Shown: positions 51,992-61,822, numbered from the stretch's first letter. The stretch is DNA of 64,000 bases from Gemmatimonadaceae bacterium (GCA_051859245.1 JBHYGA010000001.1:1024001-1088000); one strand, 5' to 3'. Numbers and translations: made by a program. The notes: generated by a model from the sequence alone, not told the origin.

Positions 51992-52252
51992 ATGTTCGAC
52001 TTCACGGAACAGGTGGCGCTTGCCGAAACTCCGCAGCCCCTGGGCTGGACACGCGTAGCACTCACCACGGTCGGTACGCTGCTCGTGTTGATCGCGTGTT
52101 TCTTCTATGTGCCACATTGGTTGCTGACGCAGCTTGATGCCGTGGCCCGAGGTGTTCGCGTGTGGTTGGCGACTGCATGGATGGCGATGGCGTTTGCACT
52201 CTCCTGTGTCGCCGCGCTGCGAACGACACGAAACCCAGCCCGCGGCAGATGA
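51992..52252 (+). CDS. Small membrane protein with two TM helices
   Basis: GGAGG RBS before ATG 51992; two hydrophobic helices; first gene of the redox operon. Confidence 0.55.
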   Translation: MFDFTEQVALAETPQPLGWTRVALTTVGTLLVLIACFFYVPHWLLTQLDAVARGVRVWLATAWMAMAFALSCVAALRTTRNPARGR

Positions 52253-52270
52253 TGTCCTTGTTCAGCAGCG

Positions 52271-54181
52271 ATGCGTGCTGACATGCGTACTGATCAGCGT
52301 GACGATGCGCATATGATCCGCCCGACCTCCGACTTTGGCGCAACAATGCAGGGCACGCCCGCACCGTGTCGCGCGGCGTGCCCGGTTGGAACAGACGCGG
52401 CGGCCTACGTTGCACTGCTCGCCGAAGGACGCATTACTGATGCGTATGATGTCGCGCGGCAGCACAATCCGTTTCCCTCCGTGTGTGGTCGGGTATGCTC
52501 CGCGCCTTGTGAACGCTCCTGTCGTCGAAGTGTGATCGACTCGGCAGTGTCGATCCGTGCGCTGAAACGCGTGTTGTGCGATGTATACGGAGCGGAGCGC
52601 GGTGATACCTCTCGGTGGATGCAGGGCGTACGTTCCGTGCCGCCCATCAGCCGTGAGTCGGTGGGCATCATTGGTGCCGGTCCGGCAGGATTGGCCGCAG
52701 CGCATGATCTTCGCGTTGCCGGACACGCCGTGACTATCTACGAAGCGATGGAGTACGCTGGCGGCATGATGCGCTACGGCATTCCCGCGTTTCGACTTCC
52801 ACGCGAAATGATCGACGCGGAAATCGCGGCGATCATCTCGCTCGGAGTTGAACTGCGATTGAGTTGCCGTATCGGACGTGATGTCACCTTCAACGCGCTG
52901 TTGCAGCGGCACGCGGCCGTACTCGTTACGATCGGCTGTCAGCAAGGGCGACAACTTCGCGCGCCTGGCTCCGACCTGCCCGGCGTGGTGCGCTCCGTTG
53001 ACTTTCTACGCGCTGAAAATGCACGCGTCGAAGGAAAACCGGCGTCGGTGTCGCTCCTTGGTGACGGTGCGGTGGTGGTGATCGGTGGCGGCAGTGTGGC
53101 GTTCGACGCCGCGCGTAGCGCCTGGCGTGCCAGTGCGATGACCGCGTACGATGGCCAGACGGCTGTTGACGTCGCGCGCAGCGCACGACGTGCCGAGCAG
53201 TCGGGAGTGGTACGCGATGTCACGATGGTCGCGCCAGAGCAACGTGCCGCACTGCCAGTTCCCGTCGAAGAACTGCACGAGGCCACGGTTGAAGGCGTCA
53301 CACTGCGCGATGGATTTGGCGTCGTTCGCATCGTTGGCGAGTCGGCAGTTACGGGCGTGGAGATCGCGCCCGTGCAGCGACTGTTCGACGAGACTGGTCG
53401 ATTCGCGCCGGTACTTGACGAAGCGCGCAGTACCGTGCTGCCCGCACGCACGGTCGTGCTGGCAATCGGGCAGCAATCAGACAGCGGATTTTTGTCGGAC
53501 ACGCCAGACGTGCAGCTCACTGGCTGGGGCGGCCTGGTGGTGGACGCTGATCTGCGCTCCACGCACCCGCGCGTGTGGGCCGCTGGTGATGCGGCATCTG
53601 GTCCCCGTGATTTGATTGACGCCATCGCTGCAGGACAGCGCGCCGCTCTCTCCATCGTGCGCACGTTTGGCGTGGCGTCTGTGACTGCCCAAGAGGAGCC
53701 CACGGATCTGCGAGCGCGTCGCCGAGCGATCCATGTGCCGAGCGTATACACCGCACCAGCGCTCGCCACGAACACGCGGTTCTGGAGTCGATACGACGAC
53801 GTTACACGCGCACCGCTTCCTGTACTGCAACCCACGGCGCGCGACGCTTCCACAGAAGTTGAGACTGTGCTCGCACCGGACGACGCGCGTATCGAAGCAG
53901 CCCGCTGCCTTCGCTGCGATGAACACATGCAGTTCGCTGCTCGGCGCTGCATCGCCTGTGCGCTCTGTGTGGACGTCTGTCCACAATCATCGCTGGCGCT
54001 GCTCCCCGCTGGTGATCGCGGACTCGCACTGGTTTTTGACGACCAGACATGTATCCGGTGCGGACTCTGCGTACATCGCTGCCCTACGGATGCCTTGATG
54101 TTTACACTCGCACCGACAGATCGAATGCCCGTTCTTGCGGACCTCGCGTCAGAATTGTCACGGACGACGGCACATGGCTGA
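52271..54181 (+). CDS. GltD-like FAD/NAD(P)-dependent oxidoreductase with an extra C-terminal 2x[4Fe-4S] ferredoxin domain
   Basis: APCRAACP, CGRVCSAPCERSCRR, IIGAGPAGL, YGIPAFRLP, IGGGSVAFDAA, RCLRC, CIACALCVDVCP, CIRCGLCVHRCP. Confidence 0.88.
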   Translation: MRADMRTDQRDDAHMIRPTSDFGATMQGTPAPCRAACPVGTDAAAYVALLAEGRITDAYDVARQHNPFPSVCGRVCSAPCERSCRRSVIDSAVSIRALKRVLCDVYGAERGDTSRWMQGVRSVPPISRESVGIIGAGPAGLAAAHDLRVAGHAVTIYEAMEYAGGMMRYGIPAFRLPREMIDAEIAAIISLGVELRLSCRIGRDVTFNALLQRHAAVLVTIGCQQGRQLRAPGSDLPGVVRSVDFLRAENARVEGKPASVSLLGDGAVVVIGGGSVAFDAARSAWRASAMTAYDGQTAVDVARSARRAEQSGVVRDVTMVAPEQRAALPVPVEELHEATVEGVTLRDGFGVVRIVGESAVTGVEIAPVQRLFDETGRFAPVLDEARSTVLPARTVVLAIGQQSDSGFLSDTPDVQLTGWGGLVVDADLRSTHPRVWAAGDAASGPRDLIDAIAAGQRAALSIVRTFGVASVTAQEEPTDLRARRRAIHVPSVYTAPALATNTRFWSRYDDVTRAPLPVLQPTARDASTEVETVLAPDDARIEAARCLRCDEHMQFAARRCIACALCVDVCPQSSLALLPAGDRGLALVFDDQTCIRCGLCVHRCPTDALMFTLAPTDRMPVLADLASELSRTTAHG

Positions 54182-55481
54182 ATCTGACCATCGGAATCGA
54201 CGCGCCGACGGTTGGCTGAAGCGCGCGCAGGAGACAACGATCTATCGATCGGTTGTCCGAACGCCGTCGCTGGATTCGCCGCGTGGCCGTGCGCAACGGG
54301 CGTTCGGGAATGTGTTCCTGCACGTCTATCCAGTGCGGGTGCCGAGAGCGCTGCTGAAGTTCCGATCCACGTGGCGTCTGGGATTCATCTCAACGGTGCT
54401 CTTCGCGATTTTGCTGATCACCGGTGTATACCTGATGTTCTTTTATACGCCGGCCGTCACAATGGCGTATGGAGACATGCAGGTGTTGCGCTCGCAAGTT
54501 GGTTTCGGGCAGCTCATCCGTAACGTGCATCGATGGGGTGCGCACCTCATGGTGCTCGCCGTCGTGTTTCATTTGGTGCGTGTGTTCATTGACGGTGGAT
54601 ACAAAGCGCCGAGGCAGTTCAACTGGGTCATCGGTGTTGGACTGTTGGTTGTCACCTTGGCGTATTCGTTTACCGGCTACTTGCTGCCGTGGGACCAGCT
54701 CGCGTATTGGGCGGTCACCGTTGGTTCAGACCTTGTGCAGTACGCGCCTGGTATTGGTCCGTGGATGCGCAACTTCCTGCTCGGCGGAAGCACCATTGGG
54801 CAGGCGGCATTGCTTCGCTTCTACGTGATTCACGTGGCCGTGCTCACGGCGGCATTCTTCGCGCTCATGGCGGTTCATCTGTGGCGCTTGCGAAAGGATG
54901 GGCTTGTTGTTGGCGATCCGCCGCACGCGCGCGATATCACCAAGCGTGTTACTGAAGGAAACGCGGATACGTCGCCGACCCAATGGCTGCCCGATGGCCG
55001 CCGAGTGTTGGGTGTCGTGGAGCTGGAAGGAACGCCCGCGCACGCGCGCGATCCCGAAGATGAAGTGTTCTCGTGGCCGCACCTGTTTGTGCGTCACCAG
55101 GTAATTGCGCTCGCGGTCTGTGCGCTGGTACTGGCACTTGGTGTCGCGTTTGAAGCGCCGCTGCGTGAACTGGCCAATCCCAACCTTACACCGGAGCCAG
55201 CCAAGGCCCCGTGGTATTTCGTGGGACTGCAAGAATTGCTGGCGCACTTTGATCCGCTGGTGGCGGGTGTGTTGGTGCCGGGCGTTTTGATTGCGGCGCT
55301 GGTGGCGTTGCCCTACATCGACCGCAATCCTTCACGTAGTCCACAGGATCGACGAGTTGCGCTCGCACTGTTTCTGTCGCTGTTCATCGCACTCGTGATT
55401 CTCACGATTATCGGCGCACTGTTTCGCGGACCCGGCTGGGCTTTTGTCTTGCCGTGGGAACACTTGTATTTCGAACCGTAA
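54174..55481 (+). CDS. Cytochrome b (b6-like domain fused to a subunit IV-like domain)
   Basis: [39 protein letters not shown]...AVH, then [16 protein letters not shown]. Confidence 0.9.
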   Translation: MAESDHRNRRADGWLKRAQETTIYRSVVRTPSLDSPRGRAQRAFGNVFLHVYPVRVPRALLKFRSTWRLGFISTVLFAILLITGVYLMFFYTPAVTMAYGDMQVLRSQVGFGQLIRNVHRWGAHLMVLAVVFHLVRVFIDGGYKAPRQFNWVIGVGLLVVTLAYSFTGYLLPWDQLAYWAVTVGSDLVQYAPGIGPWMRNFLLGGSTIGQAALLRFYVIHVAVLTAAFFALMAVHLWRLRKDGLVVGDPPHARDITKRVTEGNADTSPTQWLPDGRRVLGVVELEGTPAHARDPEDEVFSWPHLFVRHQVIALAVCALVLALGVAFEAPLRELANPNLTPEPAKAPWYFVGLQELLAHFDPLVAGVLVPGVLIAALVALPYIDRNPSRSPQDRRVALALFLSLFIALVILTIIGALFRGPGWAFVLPWEHLYFEP

Positions 55482-55494
55482 TGCAGGAGCAGAC

Positions 55495-55986
55495 ATGAGT
55501 CCGACACGCCGGGAGATGCTGGAAGCCGGATGGAAGGTGGGCAGCGGGCTGCTCGTGGCCGCAGCCGGCTGGACAACGTTCGAAGCGCTGAAGCCGCTGG
55601 CCGATGTGTCAGGCGGTGGCGCCGTGACGTTGCTGGAGCCGGATGCCTACGCGGAAGGCTCGGTAACGTACGTGCGTGAGGGTCGTTTTTTTGTTACGCG
55701 CGCGAAGAACGAGTTGTTCGCCGTCTCGCAGAAGTGCCCGCATCTGGGGTGTGCCGTGCCGTTCTGTGAGGAATCCGGGCGGTTCCAGTGCCCCTGTCAT
55801 GGCTCAGTGTATAACGTGGCCGGTGAATGGATCAGCGGGCCTGCACCGCGAGGCATGGATCGGCATCCGCTGCTCATTGCTGATGGACGCGTCGTGGTGA
55901 ACACCGCCGTGCTCGAGCAAGGTCCACCTTTGGGTTCATTGAAGTACGATACGCCGTCGCGCGGCGGGAGCTGCGAGCCGACGTGA
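55495..55986 (+). CDS. Rieske 2Fe-2S protein
   Basis: AGGAG RBS, Tat motif TRREML, CPHLGC and [13 protein letters not shown]. Confidence 0.92.
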   Translation: MSPTRREMLEAGWKVGSGLLVAAAGWTTFEALKPLADVSGGGAVTLLEPDAYAEGSVTYVREGRFFVTRAKNELFAVSQKCPHLGCAVPFCEESGRFQCPCHGSVYNVAGEWISGPAPRGMDRHPLLIADGRVVVNTAVLEQGPPLGSLKYDTPSRGGSCEPT

Positions 55987-56480
55987 CGCCTGCTCCACTC
56001 GATACTCCGGAAGAATCGCGCGCGCTCGATCGGTATTACATCGTTGGCCTGATATGTATGCTGATCCTGATCGTCGCGTTTCCGCTGTACAAATATGGCG
56101 AACCCGCGCGTCGTGAACGCACGCAGGACGCCATGCGGGAAGAGAACATTGCGATCGGTGGCGCGATGTTTGCGCAGCACTGCGCCGCGTGTCACGGCGA
56201 CAACGCTTCGGGAGGGCGCGGCTTTCCCACGCTCGGCTCCAAGGAGTTCCTGGCGTCGGTAAGTGACAAGCAGTTGCAGTGGCTGATCTCGGGCGGTGTG
56301 CCGGGCTCGGCCATGACAGCTTACGATATGGATCTTGGTGGGCCGTTCACTGCTCAGGAGATCCTGCGCATCGTGACGTATCTTCGTTCGCTCGAGAAGG
56401 ACGCGCCGTCCGTGCCGGGTTGGTACAAGGGAGCGCCGGCGACATCGACCGCCGTGTCCGCACGCGACGAACTGCGCTAG
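55983..56480 (+). CDS. Membrane-anchored monoheme cytochrome c
   Basis: TM helix, CAACH, distal Met in GSAM. Confidence 0.88.
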   Translation: MTPAPLDTPEESRALDRYYIVGLICMLILIVAFPLYKYGEPARRERTQDAMREENIAIGGAMFAQHCAACHGDNASGGRGFPTLGSKEFLASVSDKQLQWLISGGVPGSAMTAYDMDLGGPFTAQEILRIVTYLRSLEKDAPSVPGWYKGAPATSTAVSARDELR

Positions 56481-56496
56481 TGCGGTTTCTGAGTGG

Positions 56497-57108
56497 CTAG
56501 GAGAGGCGAACTGCGTAGCGGCAGCAGCAGCCACCACTCGCGGCGCTGTCTACCTGCGTGACGCGTGTGCCGGGGCGAACGAGCGTATCGAGCAACCGCT
56601 CGAACGTGCCGGTATAGAAGTCGCACACCGGTGCGCTCAGCGTGAGGCCTCGACAGAGCGGACAGTCACGAATGGCAAAGGTTGGTGTTGACGCCGCTCG
56701 GAAAACGAACGCGCCACTGCCAGCAAACGTCCATGCATGCTGCGCCATGGCGCGCGCGAGCAGTCGCAGTGCGGCGCGCGCGGGCAGTGCGCGGAGCAGC
56801 CATTGCACCGGCCGAGGAATCCGATGATCCAGCAGATACAGTGCGGTGCGATCGCCCGATTCACGCAATAACTCGCGAGTGCGCGTTGCGCCAAGCTGCT
56901 CAAGGCAGAGCACCAGCAGATCGTGCACCTCGCCTTCATCCACCATGTGTGAAGGCAACTCATCCAGCGTTCGCCCCGTCGCGCGATGCAACAGGTCTGC
57001 AGCGAGCGGTGTGCCATATCGCTCCTGCAGCACGGCGACGGTCTGAATGATGGCATTGGGGCCAATACGACCGTGCGTGGTTACGCGTTCATGGGTGGTG
57101 GCGGTCAT
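56497..57108 (-). CDS. bchJ: BchJ (V4R-domain bacteriochlorophyll synthesis protein)
   Basis: GRIGPNAIIQ, P.HMVDE, YLLDHRIP, HAWTFAGSG.F, CDFY.GTFERL, GCCCRY. Confidence 0.9.
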   Translation of the reverse strand: MTATTHERVTTHGRIGPNAIIQTVAVLQERYGTPLAADLLHRATGRTLDELPSHMVDEGEVHDLLVLCLEQLGATRTRELLRESGDRTALYLLDHRIPRPVQWLLRALPARAALRLLARAMAQHAWTFAGSGAFVFRAASTPTFAIRDCPLCRGLTLSAPVCDFYTGTFERLLDTLVRPGTRVTQVDSAASGGCCCRYAVRLS

Positions 57109-58478
57109 TACACAATGCGTGAGAGGCGTTGCGGCTCAAACGCAGAGAACGAATCTCTTTCGGGATGCAGCGCGCTCACGAGCGACGAAAGGAAATAGCG
57201 ACCGGTGGGTGTGACCGTGATCATGCGCTCACCAATCATCACGAGGCCGTCTGCCTCGAACTGCTGGAACGACTGCATGATGCGTCCCCCGTTGTCTGGG
57301 AGTGCGTCTCGGCGCAGCGCCAGTGTGGTGGTCAGCGCCCGAATCGCGCTGCGTCTTGTCCGATCATCGTCCGTGAGTCGATGTCCGCGCGCAAAGGGAA
57401 GCCGTCCGTTGTCCACGGCACGCTGCCAGTCCGTCAGTGCACACTCGTTCTGGACCAGCACACCTCCAACCTCGCTGATCGCGCTCACGCCGCCGCCTAC
57501 GAACGAGCGCGAACGGCTCGCTGTGTATCCCATGTGGTCACGATGGAGCTGTCCAGTTGCAGCCGCCATGAACAGCGCGTCCTCAGGCTTTGCAAAAAGT
57601 TCGGGCCCTATCCACAGGTACCCGGCTTCTGTGAGCCGCCGTACCGCGAGTTGATACAGCGCAAAGCGCGCGGTGCAATCCGGGAGTGTGGCTTCATCAA
57701 TCCGACGTTGATGCGGAAGCAACCATGGGGTGTGTACATACCCGCGACACGTGACGCGATCCGGCGCAAGCTCGATGACGGCGTCGATCGTATCGCCCAG
57801 GCTCGCGGTGGTTTGGTGTGGCAAGCCAAAGAGCACATCCAGGCTCAGCGACTGGAATCCCTGCTCACGCGCGCGCTCAACGACGTCGGTGATCAGGGCG
57901 ATCGATTGCACACGTCCGATGGCGTGCTGCACGAGGGGATCAAGATCCTGCACGCCGAAGCGGAGCTGGTTGAATCCCAGGCCGCGCAGCCAGCGCAACT
58001 GCGTGGTGGTCACCAACCGCGGATCCGCCTCGACGGAGCATTCGACGTTCGACGACAGCGCGAACCGTTCGGCCACAAGATCAAACACCCGTACCAACTG
58101 ACCATCGGCGAGAAAGTTTGGTGTGCCGCCGCCCCAGTGCATCTCGCGTACCACCGGTTCGCCGCCCATCACGGAATGCAGCAGCTCGAGCTCTGTTTCG
58201 AGGCGCGTGATGTATTCGGTCACTTCATCACGGTGTGTGTTCACCGTAGCGTGAGAGTCGCAGTACAGACAGCGCAGCGCGCAAAACGGAAGGTGCAGCT
58301 GCACGGACAGATCGCCGCTGACGGTACTCAGGGCGTCGCAATACTCGCGATAGGTGACATCGCCGTTCCAGTCATTGACAGTGGGATACGTGCCAATGCC
58401 TGCGCTGCTTCCACCGTATTTGGCCAGCAACGACGACGTGATCGGGCGCGAAGACATTGAGGTCTGGGCCATGCCCAC
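57108..58478 (-). CDS. Divergent HemN-family radical SAM protein
   Basis: HLPFCALRCLYC, HWGGGTPNFL, GVQDLD, FGLPHQT; altered N-terminal motif and RDHMGYT; coupled to bchJ (TAATG). Confidence 0.85.
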   Translation of the reverse strand: MGMAQTSMSSRPITSSLLAKYGGSSAGIGTYPTVNDWNGDVTYREYCDALSTVSGDLSVQLHLPFCALRCLYCDSHATVNTHRDEVTEYITRLETELELLHSVMGGEPVVREMHWGGGTPNFLADGQLVRVFDLVAERFALSSNVECSVEADPRLVTTTQLRWLRGLGFNQLRFGVQDLDPLVQHAIGRVQSIALITDVVERAREQGFQSLSLDVLFGLPHQTTASLGDTIDAVIELAPDRVTCRGYVHTPWLLPHQRRIDEATLPDCTARFALYQLAVRRLTEAGYLWIGPELFAKPEDALFMAAATGQLHRDHMGYTASRSRSFVGGGVSAISEVGGVLVQNECALTDWQRAVDNGRLPFARGHRLTDDDRTRRSAIRALTTTLALRRDALPDNGGRIMQSFQQFEADGLVMIGERMITVTPTGRYFLSSLVSALHPERDSFSAFEPQRLSRIV

Positions 58479-58745
58479 CGAGACTGCTGCGTGGCGCCGT
58501 GCTCTCGGTATGCCACCGTTGTGACCATGGCAGACCGTCCCGTGGCGCCTGAGGGATCGGTCTGCGTCGACCGTACCTCAAGTGTACGGTCGGTCGAGCA
58601 GGTGAGGATCCGGCAGACGGCGTACAGCGGCGTCGGGGGAAGCCCGACCGTCCTTCGATGCGGTGCTCGGAACGGGCGCCGCACCGAGAGCGTTGCGTGC
58701 GCGTACGTGACGGTCTACGTGGCATGATTCCTCAAGGAGCCCTGA

Positions 58746-59153
58746 ATGCTGTTTCCGAATGAGTCGTACTTCAACGTCTACGACGGGGTGCTGGGCGCAC
58801 TGGCGTTTGATGACGAAAAGCCAATGGCGATCTGGAGCCACTACCATGCGGACGCGCTCGCCGCTCGCATGACGGAGTATCGGAATCGATTGCGCGTGGC
58901 TGAGTGGCGTGTGGCTGACAATACCGCGCGATTGGATACCAACGCCAATGCCTCAGAGGGCGTGCGAACGCGACTGCAGGAGTGCGTCGCCATCGCGACC
59001 GCCGAGCGCGATGCGATCCGCGCGCGGCTCTCCGTTCTGGTGGGGCGCGCGCGCGTAATGGAAGCCGCGCGTGTGGCGGACTGGTATGCGATCAAGGTCA
59101 GTCCGTTCGAGTTCGCGGATGAAGAAGCAGCGGTGGCGGAGACCCCGCGCTAG
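58746..59153 (+). CDS. Hypothetical protein (helical)
   Basis: AAGGAG RBS, 135 aa, no recognised motif. Confidence 0.6.
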   Translation: MLFPNESYFNVYDGVLGALAFDDEKPMAIWSHYHADALAARMTEYRNRLRVAEWRVADNTARLDTNANASEGVRTRLQECVAIATAERDAIRARLSVLVGRARVMEAARVADWYAIKVSPFEFADEEAAVAETPR

Positions 59154-59216
59154 TCCGGTCTTGCCTTCGCGGTTCGTCACGCCGAAAAGGCGACTCGAAC
59201 CGCAAATCCGAAATGT

Positions 59217-59246
59217 TGTGACGCGGGTTGACGTGGGGCGGGTATT
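59217..59246 (+). promoter_or_regulatory. Putative ECF promoter, copy 1 (TGTGAC-N19-GTA)
   Basis: TGTGAC 59217-59222 and GTA 59242-59244, just before ATG 59256. Confidence 0.6.
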
Positions 59247-59255
59247 CGCGGGTGT

Positions 59256-60596
59256 ATGCCATCATCCGCTCTCGCTCCGCGTCACCTGCGTCGTTGGCCG
59301 TTGTCAGCCGCAGCGTCGCTAGTCTTTGCTGGTTCGGCTTCCGCCGGCCTGTCAGCGCAGTCGCCGTCGGGCCTGGAGTTCGCCTCGGCGATCGCCTCGC
59401 ACTCGCAGCCGTCGTGCGGCGTCGCCGCGCTCACGTCGGTCGGCGCGCACTGGCCGCAAGCGTCGGTACGCCTCTTGTCGGGACCCATCACCGGTTCCGA
59501 CCCGGCGCTTCAGTGGCGACCTCGAATCGCGCTCGACCTCGCGTCGGCAGACCACCGCAACTGGCGTGTGCGCGGCAGCGGCGTTATCGGCCCCATCGAT
59601 CAGCGCTGCGATACGCAGCGTGAGCAAACGCGCGGTTGGCTGGAGATCTCCCGCAGGCTTGGGCGGAGTACCTTCGCATTGTCCGCAGGAACGGGCGCGC
59701 GCGAAACGTTCGATCCGTCTCGTGAGCGCCAAGGCATCACCCTGAGTTTTGCGCGGGCGTATCAGGCACGCGCGTTTGGCATTGATGTGCGCGCGTTCGA
59801 GACGGAGCGCACCGTGCTCGGCTACTTTAGTCGCGCGCTGATGCAGCCCGATAGCGTACGGGTCGACTCGGCGGGTGGTTGGGTCCCAACCACTCGTACA
59901 ATCGTGGTTCGTGATTCCAGCATGCGGCGGAATCAGGCCGGCATGCTCGGGTTGAACGCACATTGGATCGAGCAACACGGCCGATTCGTGTTTACGTTCC
60001 GGGTCGGTGGGGCAGGCGAGGTACGCTCACAAAGAGTGCAGGCGGCGAACGGCGACTCGCTGCCTGCCGGGACATCGCCGCGTGCCTTTCAGATACAAAT
60101 GTGGGCGGCGGCTGGAGTAGACGCCCGCGTGTCGGAGCGACTGACGGCTGCGCTGACCTTCGCCGCGCTGCCAAGAGATCTCTCAGGTGGCCTGCGCGCC
60201 TCGCGTGCCGCAACACTTGGTATGACGGTGTCAACCGGTGGTCTGCGTCGCAAGCGCGCCGAATCGGAGGCAGAAGGTGGACACGTCTTCGAAATGACGC
60301 GTCTTGCGGTGTCCTCGGAGGCGGCGTCCGTCTTCGCGCGCGACAGTGGCTACGTACGCATCCGGGTGCGCAATCCGCGGGCCGCAAGCATTGAGGTGTC
60401 TGGTGATGCGTTCGGCTGGCAGCCGATCGCACTCATGCGAACGCGCAACGGCTGGTGGGAACGAGACGTGCCGCTCGGTGCGGGCACGTATCGAATCAGC
60501 ATGCGTGTTGACGGCGGACGCTGGACCGCACCGCCGGGGTTCCCCGCATTGAACGACGAGTTCGGCAGCGAAGCCTCGCTGGTCTCGGTGCCCTGA
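59256..60596 (+). CDS. Exported beta-rich protein with a C-terminal CBM48/AMPK-like glycogen-binding domain
   Basis: Signal-like N-terminus; C-terminal A.SIEVSGD..GW.P..L...GWW....GTYR..MRVDGGRW..PPG....DEFG. Confidence 0.7.
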   Translation: MPSSALAPRHLRRWPLSAAASLVFAGSASAGLSAQSPSGLEFASAIASHSQPSCGVAALTSVGAHWPQASVRLLSGPITGSDPALQWRPRIALDLASADHRNWRVRGSGVIGPIDQRCDTQREQTRGWLEISRRLGRSTFALSAGTGARETFDPSRERQGITLSFARAYQARAFGIDVRAFETERTVLGYFSRALMQPDSVRVDSAGGWVPTTRTIVVRDSSMRRNQAGMLGLNAHWIEQHGRFVFTFRVGGAGEVRSQRVQAANGDSLPAGTSPRAFQIQMWAAAGVDARVSERLTAALTFAALPRDLSGGLRASRAATLGMTVSTGGLRRKRAESEAEGGHVFEMTRLAVSSEAASVFARDSGYVRIRVRNPRAASIEVSGDAFGWQPIALMRTRNGWWERDVPLGAGTYRISMRVDGGRWTAPPGFPALNDEFGSEASLVSVP

Positions 60597-60619
60597 CACG
60601 CGCGTACGCTGCAGAAAGT

Positions 60620-60651
60620 TGTGACGCGACGAACATGGCCGAAGGTACCAC
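60620..60651 (+). promoter_or_regulatory. Putative ECF promoter, copy 2 (autoregulatory)
   Basis: TGTGAC 60620-60625 and GTACCAC 60645-60651, 9 bp before the sigma ATG. Confidence 0.65.
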
Positions 60652-60660
60652 TCGTCAACA

Positions 60661-61200
60661 ATGACTGACGAACAACTGGCACAGCGTATTCTCGCAGGTG
60701 AAACAACGGCGTTCGATCAACTGATCGACCGCCACGCCGCCTCGTGCATGCGTTTCGCCACGCGAATGCTGAACAGCCATGAGGATGCGCAAGAGGTCAC
60801 GCAAGACGCATGGTTGCGCGCCTACCGAGCCCTCGACCGCTTTGACACATCGATGCCATTCCGGACCTGGCTCTTCGCGATTCTCGTGAATCGGTGTCGT
60901 ACACATCTCGCAACGCGTCAACGCCGTGAGCGTGTGTTTGTGGAGGAGCCAGCATTGATGCATGAAACGTGGGGAGGCAGCGAGCATGAAAGCTGGCCGC
61001 TTCGCGTCGAGCTGCAGCGAGCGCTGGAACAATTGTCGCCCGAGCTGCGCGAGGCGTTCTTGCTGAAACACGTGGAACAGTTGGAGTACACGGATATGGC
61101 GAGCTTGCTGAACGCAAGCGTGTCGGCCCTCAAGATGCGAGTCCAACGGGCCTGTCTTCACCTTCGCGCTTTACTGCAGGAGTACAGCGATGCACGCTGA
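60661..61200 (+). CDS. ECF (sigma-24 type) RNA polymerase sigma factor
   Basis: DAQEVTQDAWLRAY, FRTWLFAILVNRC, LREAFLLKHVEQLEY.DMA, ALKMRVQRA. Confidence 0.92.
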   Translation: MTDEQLAQRILAGETTAFDQLIDRHAASCMRFATRMLNSHEDAQEVTQDAWLRAYRALDRFDTSMPFRTWLFAILVNRCRTHLATRQRRERVFVEEPALMHETWGGSEHESWPLRVELQRALEQLSPELREAFLLKHVEQLEYTDMASLLNASVSALKMRVQRACLHLRALLQEYSDAR

Positions 61201-61822
61201 ACAGCCGAACGATCTGTCTCGCTGGCGTCACGCGTCGGATGAGGTTCCTGATGCGCTTCGCGGGGTCGTTGACGAACTACGGCGAGACGTAGACGTGCCA
61301 GCACAGTGGCGGCAATCGCTCACCGCGGCGATTCAGAACGAGCCTCGAGCGTCCGCCGAACTCCCCCGCGCGCCGCGGCGCATCGAACTGCGTCCGCTCT
61401 ACGCTGCTGCGGCGGCGCTGGCGTTCACCACGTTCGGTGCGTTCGGCACGTTTCTGGCCACGTCGGGACCGCGTGCCTTACAAATTGCAGCGACCGCAGA
61501 TTCGCCCGGTCAGGCGTCGGTCAGTGCGACTCGCGTAAGTGGTGACGGTTCGCGTGTGAGTGTGAGATTTTCGCTTGTTGCCCCGGGAGCACACCGTGTG
61601 AGCGTTGTGGGCGCGTTCAATCAGTGGGACCCGTCTGCCAATGCCATGCAACTCGCCGAAGATGGCGTGACGTGGACCGCCACGCTGGCAATGCCCGTTG
61701 GCAAGCACAGCTACGCATTCGTGATCGACGGCGAAGTCACGCCGGACCCCGCAGCACCGGCATCGGCAGACGATGATTTTGGCGTGCCGAATTCGTTTCT
61801 CCTCGTGAGCAATTCGCTATGA
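61190..61822 (+). CDS. Putative anti-sigma factor: one TM helix plus a CBM48/isoamylase early-set domain
   Basis: Overlaps the sigma stop; TM YAAAAALAFTTFGAFG; VRFSLVAPGAHRVSVVGAFNQW...YAFVIDG...DDFGVPNS. Confidence 0.8.
   Translation: MHAEQPNDLSRWRHASDEVPDALRGVVDELRRDVDVPAQWRQSLTAAIQNEPRASAELPRAPRRIELRPLYAAAAALAFTTFGAFGTFLATSGPRALQIAATADSPGQASVSATRVSGDGSRVSVRFSLVAPGAHRVSVVGAFNQWDPSANAMQLAEDGVTWTATLAMPVGKHSYAFVIDGEVTPDPAAPASADDDFGVPNSFLLVSNSL

Noticed and set aside
52271..54181. gltD partnering the FMN protein at 42218-43792 as a glutamate synthase
   Set aside because: The genes are about 8.5 kb apart on opposite strands, no amidotransferase subunit is present, and the flavoprotein overlaps cytochrome b
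36804..56496. Mobile island inserted between bchJ and bchE
   Set aside because: No integrase, transposase, tRNA or flanking direct repeat seen and no obvious compositional shift by eye; rearrangement remains possible but a mobile element is unsupported
58520..58547. Further TGTGAC hexamers (58520 and 11624) as extra ECF promoters
   Set aside because: No GTA at the 19-bp spacing
58491..58727. 78-aa ORF in the spacer between the hemN-like gene and 58746
   Set aside because: No RBS or recognisable motif; more likely a divergent promoter region
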